From contig NC_135902.1 of the NCBI RefSeq assembly GCF_964194155.1, positions 49,228,001-49,292,000 of the forward strand: a DNA stretch of 64,000 bases. Reading direction: 5' to 3'. The position numbers and the translations under genes are program-made. Positions 22,801 through 47,900 of the stretch are shown one piece after another (position 1 is the first letter of the stretch; the number at the start of each line of letters is the position of its first letter). This stretch comes from Cetorhinus maximus (Eukaryota). The notes below the pieces were generated by a model that worked only from the letters and a program-made list of their open reading frames with translations, searched no databases and was not told the DNA's origin.

Positions 22801-24942
22801 AACATGGTACCATCACATCTTTGGTAGCCAAATTGAGTATATACTGTCTCGAGGCAGTTGGTTATGCTATTGTTTGAAGGACAGAAAATGTAAAAGGTAA
22901 ATTAAGTTTAAACTACCCTAATTCAATTCATCCAGCCAATCAGGAGGCTCCCGCCTACAGAACTATCCAAAGGGAGTAGAAAGAATCAATTGCACTGCTC
23001 CCATGTAAAACGACACTTCCTGAGCTTAAGCACAGGCTAATTGCTTAAGGTTTCGGTACATGGTCTGAAAGAAATGCTGGTTGCTTTTCATACTTTTTGC
23101 ACTCTGGAATGTGATGGACAAAAAGGTCCCTTTGAGTTGCGCTGGATTTGCACCAATGATCCATGGGTTGCATATACATTGACTTAAATCTCCTGTAAAA
23201 TGTGGGTAATCTTGAGGTTGTTGGAAATTAGAGTGCTGCCTTTAAAATGCCAATTCTAGAGATTGCCACATAAAAAAGAGAGGGGAGCAGATGATGGGTT
23301 TAGACCTCTACTCCACTGTCAACTTACTGCACTGGATGGTTTATTGCCCACAAGAATGACCAATATTGCAGGACCTAGCACAGACAACTATAGAGAAAAA
23401 GAGAAACAGAGGAAAAACTCTTTGTCAGTGAGATCTTTCCAAACCCACTTCAAGGACAGGAGACAAATTAGTGAAATCCTCAAAACATGTATGATATATG
23501 GAAGGATTGGCAATAAGAGCCAACTCTCATACCAGAACTGTGTATTTCTATCAGCACTTGCAATGATTTGATTAGAGCAGGCAAGGTTAAAATGGCATGG
23601 AATTCCAAGACCCCAAATGTGATGCCTCATGCAACAAAGAATATCAGCAAGTCATCTAAAACAGGGTAGTGGTGAAACTGTAAAATGACTCAAATACCCC
23701 TTGACTGATACTTTGTGGAAGAATATACATGCATAATTTGGGCAGGATTGGACCCAGTTTAGATTGGCCCCTGTGGCCTATTCACCAGCTGACAGCCATT
23801 GTCTAAGTTTAATAGCCATTTTGTTTAATTACATTACAAATTTAATTCTAGCAATCATTTACTTAAATACAGCAAATTTAGAATTCCTTTATTACAAATT
23901 GTTAAAATACTAGCAAATCTAGTAAGTTGTACACAAGGAAATTTGACTCATTATTCCAATCTAGTTCATTGGTATCTATTAGTCCCACTTTAGCTTACTT
24001 CATATTATATCTTTCAATCACTTGTTTCAGAATCCCGCTTAATTGCTCCTGAAACATTTTTGATTCAATATCCTGGATCAACCTACCTCAGGAGCAAAAT
24101 CAAAATCAGTACAATTTATCTTTGCTTAAAAAGGGGACTTGACTTTCAATTTTCTGTCCCGATTCATGCTGGTGCATTCAAGCATTTAAGAACAGCAATT
24201 GTTCAAGAACAGAAGCAGATCTTTATCATTGGCTATTGAACCTTCCTGTCCTCACTGGATGTAAACGTTCAACATCCACTTCATATACTAGATCATGGGG
24301 GCTGCTTATGAGACTGATATTTATCTTCTGTTGGCCTAAATTACATATGACTGCACTCAGAAAAACTTTACTTTCAATTGTTATGTGCATAGTTAAATGC
24401 TGAGCTATTGATCAGTGGGAAAAAACTTCCTCATCACTGGTCTTAAACTTGCTTTCCACAATTTTTAGTCTGTGACCCTTGTCCTACAGCCATGGTTTAA
24501 TTGAAGTAGTGTTCTGGACATACATCTCCAATGGGAGGACCTCCCAGTTGAGACTTAAACCCAGCTGTTTATATCCTACCAGGGAACACTTTCATGGTTC
24601 TTCCCTGAACTGCCTTAGAGATGGTGACCAAAACAGAGATTATTAAGCATGGTCTGACCACAGCATTCTACGTTTAACCCAAGGGAGTAGCAATTACTTC
24701 AACATCTATAAATTTACCCATAAATTGGTCTGTATGATGCATGCACATATACACTGAAAAATCCAATAGCCTTCCAGAAGCAGTGGTGACTACACCACTA
24801 GTTTTAGCCCAAACAAATCACAAATTTTTTTTAAAATACCAACTACTCAGTATGGACATGCAACTAAGTGAACAATGTAAACTTAAGTGCATTCATTCAT
24901 TCATGCTCATGTATAGGCCCAGGAACCCATTTTTTTTAAATT

Positions 24943-24948
24943 TTTATT
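24943..24948 (-). terminator. Candidate DDX5 polyadenylation signal (AATAAA)
   Basis: AATAAA on - strand about 360 nt after the stop, downstream of a 3'UTR block (TGCAGTGCAGCAGT...GGTGCACTTTT) recalled as similar to mammalian DDX5. Confidence 0.5.
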
Positions 24949-25306
24949 TAAAATGACACTTTGGCAGTTACATACATACAGAACTCCAAGACTTTCAAAC
25001 TTCCTTACTGGAAGGACATGCATCTTTACATACGCTGTGGTACTTTTATGCATAAGTTAAACTTGTATAATATCAATCTGCCATTCTAATAGAAAAACAC
25101 TAACAAAAAATTTCCAAGGAATGTAAAGTAACAAAAAAAATTAAATAGTGGGGAAAAGTGCACCAATCCTACTGCTGCACTGCAGTCTTTCCTGGAATAT
25201 CAATGGTTTCTAATCTTAAAGAACTTTCTCATCCTCTCCTCAAACAAAAAAAAGGTACAGTACAAGTCAGAAGAGAATGAAAAAACTCAACACCTAGTTC
25301 AATAAG

Positions 25307-37812
<12,506 letters not shown>

Positions 37813-37815
37813 CAT

Positions 37816-38520
37816 TCAAAAAGCGAAGAGGAGAAAGAAAAAAAAAATGAGACGCCTGACGCTCGGATGTAGAGCTGTGTGTGAGAAAAGGGAGGAAGCC
37901 GGTTGAAAGCTGAAGCCAAAATGCCGGTTCCTTGTCCGCCTTTAGTCAAAGCCGGCAAGAGAGAGCCCGGAACTCATTCCGCATATCCATCCGCAATTCA
38001 AAAACTACGTCGCACCAACTCTGACCCAAATACCCCTTTCTCCCTTTCACCCGCTTGTCGTTTCACCCCTGCACTTTTAACCCCTCTTGAAAATGCACTT
38101 GATCCATTCTCCTCGCGTTAGGGTGCTTTTTAAACCACGATTCACCACCCATCTTCGATTTGACAGGACCTACTTCGTCTCGCTGATGACTACAAGTGAG
38201 CGAGGAAAGGCTTTCTTCCCCTTGACGACCGGATGACGTCAATCAAACGGCAGGGTGGAAAAGAAGCAAAATAAATAGATAATAATTAAAAAATAAATAT
38301 TCGCGGAGAATGCTGCTTATACATCGCGGGTGGGTGGATAGGGAAACATGTAGGGGATTTTGCTTTAATTAGAGAAAAATAAAACGGGTTTGGGGCGGAG
38401 CCTGAGCTTGTGACGCAGTTCCGCGGGTGGGCGGTTGGGAACGTCATGCTGGGAGCCAATCAGCGGCGAGAGACAGTTTAAATGTACAGGGCCCAGTGGC
38501 TATGGAAGTGAGCTGAGGGT
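37816..38520. promoter_or_regulatory. Shared (bidirectional) DDX5/CEP95 promoter region and 5' UTRs
   Basis: Start codons about 840 bp apart head-to-head; CpG-rich; CRE TGACGTCA 38234-38241, GC box GGGGCGGAG 38392-38400, CCAAT 38456-38460. Confidence 0.75.
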
Positions 38521-38653
38521 AAAATGGGTGAAGTATAGGCAATGTGAGGGATTGGCATTTTTATTTCGTTTTTAAAAATATCGTTAAAAGTTGTTCATTT
38601 CGTCGAAGGAGAGGGGGGGAAAAGAATTGTACCGTTTCCATTCGTGTGACAGG

Positions 38654-38675
38654 ATGGAGGTGCAGGATGAGAGAG
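38654..38675 (+). CDS. CEP95: CEP95 start-codon exon (MEVQDER)
   Basis: ATG...AGAG|GTTGGT, phase 1, joins to D-W of the next exon. Confidence 0.65.
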
Positions 38676-38910
38676 GTTGGTTCATGTTGACTTGTCTTCA
38701 GCAGTAGGCCAGCAATGACACTGGTAACTTTCCCAGCAAACTTTTCCAGTTTATTATTTTTTTAAAACCCCTTCAGCTGTCATGTCTTTTAATTTTTATC
38801 CTATTTATTTTTGTTTCCAGGGATTGTTGAGTTATGTCAACCAGGAAATGGTTTTGCCCTCCCCTCAGCTGTGTCGTCAGATAATTAGCCATGGTCCACA
38901 AAAGACCAAA

Positions 38911-38945
<35 letters not shown>

Positions 38946-41900
38946 TTAAAGAGAGAGGAAAATTGGTTACGTATAACTTGACGGGGGCATCACCCCTTAA
39001 GCGTAGGGCAAGGCGAGGCTATGAGCTACCATATCTGGTATGGCGATTGATACCGTTGGTGTCATTCTGTATCGCACTCTAACTCAAGTGTCACGGTAAC
39101 CAGGCACTTGTTTGTAGGCGCCAGTTGAAGCGGTTAAAATAATGGGTGGGGAGGGGCCGCCCTCCCAACTATTAATAAAATTGATTTCCAGTCTAATGCA
39201 GCAAATGACTATTTCAGTGTGTTGTATTCTCCATGTATCACTTTTATTTCGATGTAAGTTTTTTTGCTGTCTCTTCGCCCCCCCCCCCCCCCCCCGTAGT
39301 TTTAACTTGAGGGGATTAGTGTGATACCGGTAACAACTTCTTCTTTCGAAGCTTTTAAAAACATTAAAAGTATTAAAATGGAATTTCTATTGGCTTCGCC
39401 CTCTCTTGCCTTCGCGTAAGGTGGATGAGGGACTGCGCCTTCCGTGATGGTTGTCGAATCGAAAGTGCTGATGCTGATCTGTGGCGCAGCATATTCTAGC
39501 CAGGCTGTATTTTCCAGTGTTTTTTTCCAGTAATTTTTTTCCAATGCTTTGGTTTCTGCTCTTTTCCTCCGTACCTGCGTTTGACTTTAATACGATTTCA
39601 CTCATGGGGCTTGATTATATCTAATGGGAGCTAAAATATTTATTCAAAATAAACTATGGAGCTCCAAGTTGTCGTCCTGCTAGATGTTGTAACTAATTGC
39701 TATAATGTATTGTGAAATATTGAACCTTGGAGATATTGGTATATCAAGAACTTCTGGATTAAAAATCACTTGTACTTCTTGAAACCCTTGTAATTCATAG
39801 TGTAGCTACTTGTATGTTTGTAAGGCCTTGTAAAGTTCGCCTTGCATTTGTCAGTACTGGATCTTTGCAAACTATACTTCAGTATAGTGCTCGTAGAAAA
39901 TATTTGTTTAAATAAACTCCACCTTCTCCCGTAGAGTGACTCTTGCACAGTGTGTGCACCAAAAAGCCAACACAATTTTTTTTACCAGTCTAACATGTAA
40001 TTAGAATAAAGTGCGTATAACATTTGTGTGCTCTTTGGGATTTGCAATAATTAGTCAAGTAATAAATTGCTAAAACAGGACTCCTGAGTAGCTTTGATCC
40101 AATGCTCTTGAAATGTTTGGAATGAGTGCTTCCACCTGTTGTTCGTTTACTATTAGTTTTCTGCTTTCTGTCAAGGAGCAGTGGAGATGCAGGTGCCTTT
40201 GTCACCTGTCCTTGTGTCACCCCCTCTCCCTCCCCGGCATTTGATAAGATGCCACACAATAGACAAGATAAGGGCTCATGGAGTTTTGGGGTAATATATT
40301 AGCATAGTTAGGGGATTGGTTTATGGATAGAAAGCGAGTGGGCATAAATGGGGCCTTTTCAAGCTGGCATGCAGTGATTTGTGGACTGCCGCAAGGATCT
40401 GTGCTGGGTCCTCAGCTATTGACAATCTATATTAATTACTCTCGGTCTCTTCATCTAAGTGATATATAAAAGTTTGCTGATGATACCAAGCTAGGCGGGA
40501 AAGTAAGCTGAGGGAGGACACAAAGGCTGCAAAGCGATCTAGACAGGTTAAATGAGTGGGGCAACAAGATGGCAGATGGAGTATAATGTAGTGAAGTGTG
40601 AAGTTAGCAACTTTGGTTGAAAGAATAGAAAAGCAGAATTTTTTTTTAAGTTATGAAACTTGTAAGTGTTGGTGTCCAAAGAGACTTTGGTGTGCTTGTA
40701 CAAGGAATGCAGGAAGTTAGCATAAAAGCAAAAAACTGCGGATGCTGGAAATCCAAAACAAAAATAAAAATACCTGGAAAAACTCAGCAGGTCTGGCAGC
40801 ATCTGCGGAGAGGAACACAGTTAACGTTTCGAGTCCGTATGACTCTTCAACAGAACTAAGTAAAAATAGAAGAGAGGTGAAATATAAGCTGGTTTAAGGG
40901 GGCGGTGGGACAGGTAGAGCTGGATAGAGGGCCATTGATAGGTGGAGATAACCAAAAGATATGTGAACAAGGCAAAAGAGAGATAAGGAAATCCTGTCGG
41001 AGAGAAGAGCAATACTTCTTCAAGGTAGGCATTCCTTGAAGAGAAGTGGCAGTCAATTAAACACTAAGATAAAAGCAAAAAACTGCAGATGCTGGAAATC
41101 CAAAACAAAAATAAAAATACGCAGCAAGTTAGCATGTGGGTGCAGCAAGCAATTAGGAAAGCAAATGGCATGTTGGCCTTTATTACAAGGGGATTGGTGT
41201 ATATACGTGTTGCTGCGGTTGTACAGGGATTTGATGAGACCACATCTGGAATACTGTGTGCGGTTCTGGTCTCCACATTTAAGAAAGGATGTACTTGCAT
41301 TGGAGGCAGTACAGTGAAGGTTCACCAAATTGGCCCCTGGGATGACGGGGTTGACCTATGATGAGAAGCTAAGTAAATTGGTCTTATATTCTCTGGAATT
41401 TAGAAGAATGAGAGGTGATCTAATTGATACCTACAAAATTCTGAGGGGGCTTGATAGGGTAGATGCTGAGAAATTGTTTCTGCCAGTTGGGGAATCTAAA
41501 GCATAGGCACAGTCTCAGGCTAAGGGGCCAATCGTTTAGGACTGAGATGATGAGGAGAAATTATTTCATTCAAAGGGTGGATGCTCCATCATTGAATACA
41601 TTTAAGGCTGGGTTAGAAAGATTTTTGATGTCTCAAGGAATTTGAGAGGCACCAAGGACGAGATAAGGGTTTGGTCTAACTCTCAATTATACTCTTTTTT
41701 GTCCTCAGTGTCTCTTGAAGTCTTCTACACCTTCACTCTGTTTAGACCCCTTTATTTTTTTTTATATAATCCAAAACCTCTAGATTTCTCTCAACTAATC
41801 ATTGATTTACAGCCATCACCTTGGCATTACTCAGGCACCTAGTTTGGATTCCTTTGGGAATGTAGCTGCCTCTGATTGCTGTTCTGTTCTATTCTTAATA

Positions 41901-44900
41901 GCAGGTTCCCCATTAACTGTTCTCTTTTACTGATTCCCAGTTCTCCTACTATACGTTCCGTAATACATGCAAGGCATAATGAAATTTTTTTTTAAATGTT
42001 AATACAAATGAAAAGCAAAACCTTCAGAGCTTATGGTTATTCTTGTAGCAGTATGCTAATTAAGTACCTATCTTAATCTATAACAAGTGAATATACTTCA
42101 GGACTCCAAGATTAACAATCTCTAAGGTTCATGACCACTGCCACAAAGCGATAGCTTTGGGTGCTTAAGGTGACATTTTCATGAGTCTTGAGGACCGTGA
42201 GATGATCTGATATTGCCAAAGCTCTGAAAACAGTATGGGATAGATGCCTGGCAGTGCATGTGGATGTGGATAGTATTATATAAGCGTTAACTGTAATTTT
42301 CTGTCATCAACTGGATTTTATTACTTAATATGTAATCATTAATCCTTAGGACATGACTTGCTTAGATTTAGACTTAGTCCTTTCCTGTGCCACATGGCAC
42401 ATGAGGCAAACAAAGACATGCTTATTATGTCTGTTTCTATGGCTAGATTTTTTTGGAACAGGTCAGTTGCTGTCAGTGTTCACTTTTAGCAACACTGAAC
42501 TTTGCCACAAATGACTGAAAATGTTTGAAACTTCAATACACTGGAGTGGCTTCAAGGATGTAATCTCAATTTAGGATTCAGATGACACACTGCACTCATC
42601 CTCTTACTGCCTTTTAATTAAATTAGGTGTTGGCCTCAATTCATTGTGGAAAAACTCTCACCTCTGTGTCAGTGAGGTGTGGGTTCAAGCCCCACTCCAG
42701 ACACTAGAGTCACGATCTTCTAGGCTATCACTCCAGTGCACTACTGAAGAAGTAGTAACAATAAACTGAGGCCTTGTCTGCTTTCTCAAATGGATGTAAG
42801 TTCCCATTCTTCTTATCGACTTCTCTGCCTGACCCACAGTGCTGCGATCTCCACCACTGATAGGGCAAGGAGGCAGGTCCTGAATCTACCCCAGCCAGAA
42901 GGGGATCAAGCACCAATCTGATCCACACTGGCTGTCCAGCCAACTGAGCCAACCAGCCTCCCAGAGTCTGAGTTGCTGTGGCAACATACACTTTTACAAG
43001 TACATTGTAGCCTGGAGCTATAGATAGAAATGTTAGAGGCTCCAATTTATGTTCATCACATAGCTGACCTAGGAACATCTCCTGCTCTTAATGCCTATCA
43101 TTGGTGTACATTGGAAGGATTTACAAGTTGATACTTGGCCTGTTTGGCCGCATTATCACCATAGTAGGACTTGAACCGGAAGCTTTTGGCTCAGGGGCAG
43201 GGATGTTGCCCGCTGTGCCTCAAGTTCCTATGACTCTATTCAAAGAAGAGCAAGGAGTTCCTCCCTACTGCCTTGGCCAGTATTTTACACCTCTACATTA
43301 GTCATATTATTTAGTTATTATCTCATTCCTGTTTGTGAACCTTCCTTTCTGCAAATTGGCTACCACGTTTCCTACTTTGCAACAGTGACTACGCCATATG
43401 GGGAAACCTAGGGCGGAATCTTGCGAAGCACCTGGGAGTGGGAAATGAGGCGGGCAAGGGCACTTAAGTGAGCAGAAGGTCAAATGTTAGCTTTCTGACA
43501 GCGGGATGAAAGTTGGTTATTAAGTTGGCAACAGATTGAGAGCAGATTGTGCTGCCCAAAAACTGGCAGGAACCATTCAGTAGTGGTGCTACCAAGCCAC
43601 TCTTCGTGATGGGCATTGAAGTCTCCCACCCAGAGTACATTCTGTGTCTTCATGGGGTCCTGAGCTGATGTTGAGCACTCCTCGGGCAACTCCCTCCTGG
43701 CTCTGTACCACTTTACTGCTACCTCTGCTGGATCAGTTCTGGTCTGTCAGGATATACCCAGGGATGGTGATATGATTCTGTGAGTATGACTATGTCAGGC
43801 TGTTGCTTGTTTCCTGATTTTTGCAGGACTTTGCAGGATTGACAGGGCTGAGTTTGCTGTTGTTGTTTGTGGGGCCTAGGTCGATGCTGGGAGGTATGTT
43901 CAGTTTCGTTCCTTATTGACTTGTTTTTAGCGGTTTGATACAACTGAGTGGCTTGCTAGGTCATTTTAGAGGGCATTTAAGAGTCAACCACATTGCAATG
44001 GATCTGGAGTCGCATGTAGGCCAGACCAAGTAAGGACAGCAGGTTTCCTTCCCTAAAGAACATTAGTGAACCAGATGGGGTTTTATGACAATGTTTCATG
44101 GTCATCATTAGACTTTTAATTCCAGATATTTATTGAAATCAAATTCCACCATCTGCCTTGGTGAGATTTGAACCTGGGTTCCCAGAGCATTACCCTGGGT
44201 CAACACACTATGCCACCACCTTCCTGTAGGTACAGCAGACTTCCGTAATTTTGAGCCAGGCAATCCTACAGCAATTCTAGGGCACTGTTTAGCCAACTGG
44301 TTTATCTCATTGATAGGATTGGAGATGTACACCTTGACTGGGAGCTTCTTATATGACTGGCTTCTTATTACTTAGCTGCAGGAAGATGCAAAGCTAGTGC
44401 TCTTGTATTGGCTAGAAACTTACAGGTCTTTGTGCTGGTAAATCACTTGGCTTCAATTTTGCCTGGTTGAAATCCAGGAATATCTTGTGTGGGGAAGGCT
44501 AGTAAAGCTTCAGTGCCATCAAACCCTGGGCATTAAGGTTTTAGTCTCTACATTGGACAAACTGAAACTCTAATTGTGTGAATTGTCCAGTAATTTGGCT
44601 TGAAGCAAAGTGTCATGCCAAGAAGGCATAAAAGAAAAATAATTCTCAAAGAAATTTGTTTTTCTTCCATATTCTTTTGTTTTAAATTCTTCTTTCAAAA
44701 TGGACAATTGCTGGGCTGTGAAATGGCAGCAGCTTGTCACATGCAGGTAGTTTTGTGAAATTCTGACCAATTTCAATGTTCAAAAATGAGCTCCCCAACC
44801 TCCTGGAATGTGACTTGTATGAATATTCTAGCCAAGCCAACACAAAAGGCCAGTAGATGAGAGATCTGCCCCAGCCAGCACTGGACAAAGGCAGCTATTT

Positions 44901-47900
44901 GCCACTCCTCATCTCCAATGTAGTGTGAATGGTTCCACAGTTACCTACTCAGAATACAATGGGTTTTAATGAGCAGACCTTAAAGTAGAATGGCTCGACC
45001 CAAAACACCCTGTCACTTGATTCTGACTTGAGCTGTTTGAATTGCTTTAATTATACAGCTTTCGGATTCCATCTTCAGTTGCTGTTCAACATCAGAAGAG
45101 ATAACAGGACTCCAGGCAATAGCAGCCTCCCTCTGACCTCTGTCTCTCTCAAAGCCTGGTATACAGAAAGAATCCTGCATTTCGCCTACAAAATGAACTA
45201 ACTCCCAGAATACAAGAATACTTTGCTGCATCTTCATCTGCCTCAGCCTTCAGCTGAGCTCCTAGGCAAAAGATCAGGTTTTCTGCCAGATGAAGCCAAC
45301 TGGAAGAACCTTTCTTGTCCAAAGACTTTTTTTTTGCAAAAATATACTTTATTCATAAAATATCTTCAACCACATTCCAAACCATTTCAAAAACACCATT
45401 ACAAGGGTACAATCTGGTTCAACTTTTACAAATTGTATCACCAGGTGCATCAGTACAAACAATATTACAGTCATTTACAGCCTTTCATTTTGAGCTGTAC
45501 AGCCCGAGGGGATTTAAACAGTTCCCAGTCCCTCGGTGCGCTATGGCAGAAAGGTCTTAGACAGCGACCCTTCCCCATTGCGCCTTTGCGGCAGCTGCCC
45601 CAAGCTTTAGTGCGTCCCTCAGCACGTAGTCCTGGACTTTGGATTGTGCCAGTCCGCAACACTCGGTCGGGGACAACTCTTTGTGCTGGAAGACCAACAA
45701 GTTTCGGGCAGACCAAAGGGCGTCTTTCACCGAGTTGATGATCCTCCAGCTGCAGTTGACGTTTGTCTCGGTGTGTGTCCCTGGGAACAGCCCGTAGAGC
45801 ACAGAGTCCTGTGTCACAGAACTGCTCGGGATGAACCTCGACAGCAACCACTGCATCTCTCTCCAGACCTTCTTTGCAAAGGCACAATCCACAAGGAGGT
45901 GAACAACGGTCTCGTCCCCACCACAGCCACCTCGAGGGCAACGTGCAGAGGGGGTGAGGCTCCTGGCGTGTAGGAAGGATCTGACGGGGAGGGCCTTTCT
46001 CACCACCAGCCAAGCCACGTCTTGGTGCTTGTTGGAAAGTTCTGGCGATGAGGCATTCTGCCAAATGACTTTGACAGTCTGCTCGGGGAACCATCCCACA
46101 GGATCCCCCCCTCTCCTTTTCCCTCAGGGCCTCTAAGACGTTACGTGCTGACCACTGCCTGATGGACTTGTGGTCAAAGGTGTTTTTCTGCATAAATTTT
46201 TCCACGAGGGACAGGTGGTACGGCACGGTCCAACTACTTGGAGCGTTCCGCGGCAGCGTGGTCAGACCCATCCTTCGCAACACCGGGGACAGGTAGAACC
46301 TCAGCACATAGGGACACTTGGTGTTTGCGTACTGAGGGGCTACACACCGCTTGATGCAGCCACACACAAAAGTGGCCATCAGTATGAGGGCGATGTTGGG
46401 CACGTTTTCTCCCCCTTTATCTAGAGGCTTGTACATCGCGTCCCTGCGGACACGATCCATTTTTGACCTCCAGATAAAGCGGAAGATGGCTCGAGTGATC
46501 GCCACCACGCAGGAGTGTGGAATGGGCCAGACCTGCGCCACGTACAGCAACAGCGAGAGTGCCTCACACCTGATGACCAGGTTCTTAACCCGCAATGGAG
46601 AGGGAGCGTCGCTCCCACATGCCCAGTTTCCTTTTCACCATAGACACTCGCTCCTTCCAGTTTCTAACGCATGCCCTGGTCCCTCCGAACCATATCCCCA
46701 GCACCTTCAGGCCGTCAGCCCTGACAGTGAAGGGGACAAAGGATCGATCAGACCAGTTCCCAAAGAACATGGCCTCGCTCTTCCCACGATTTACCTTGGC
46801 TCCCGAGGCCAGTTCGAACTGGTCGCAGATGTGGATCAGTCTGCGCACCGACAGCGGGTCCGAGCAGAAGACAGCGACATCGTCCATGTACAGGGAGGCT
46901 TTTACCTGAGTGCCTCCACTGCCTGGGATCGTCACTCCTCTTATGCCCAGATCCTTCCTGATGGACTCGGCAAAGGGTTCTATGCAACACACGAAAAGAA
47001 CAGGCGAGAGAGGACAGCCCTGCCTGACTCCAGATTTAATCGGAAAGCTATCTGTTTCCCACCCATTGATTGAGACTGCGCTACTGATGTTAGTGTAGAG
47101 CAGTTGGATCCAATTTCGAATTCCCTCCCCAAACCCCATTTTGGAGAGCACATCCACCAAGTAGGTGTGCGATATTCTGTCAAAGGCCTTCTCCTGATCC
47201 AGGCTGATGAGGCAGGTATCCACACCCCTGTCCTGTACATAGGCAATCGTATCCCTGAGCAGCGCGAGGCTGTCAGAGATCTTCCTGCCTGGCACAGTGC
47301 AGGTCTGGTCAGGGTGAATCACCAATTCCAGAGCGGATTTGACCCGATTGGCGATGACCTTGGACAGAATCTTATAGTCCACGTTCAACAGTGAAATGGG
47401 TCGCCAATTTCTAATTTCCTCCCTTCCCCCCTTGTGCTTGTAGATGAGGGTGATGATGCCTTTCCTCATGGATTCTGACATACTACCAGCCAGGAGCATA
47501 CTCTTGTACACTCCTAGCAGGTCTGGGCCGATCAAGTCCCACAGAGCCGAATACAACTCCGCCGGCAAGCCGTCGCTTCCGGGAGTTTTACTTTTCTCAA
47601 AGGACTCAAGGGCCTTAGTCAGTTCATCAGGAGTTAGCGGTTTGTCCAGGCTCTCCCGCGTACTGTTGTCTAAGACCTCTGTGATAGAGGACAGGAAGGA
47701 CTGGGAGGCCGTGCTGTCCGTGGGCTTCACGTCATACAAACCGGCATAAAAGGATTTGCTGATCCTCAAAATGTCGGACTGCGATGACTTTACTGAGCCG
47801 TCTTCTTCCTTCAGGCTGCTGATCACAGAGCTCTCTCTGTGTACCTTTTGGAAGAAGAAACGTGAGTACGTCTCATCCTGCTCCACGGAGCGGACTCTGG

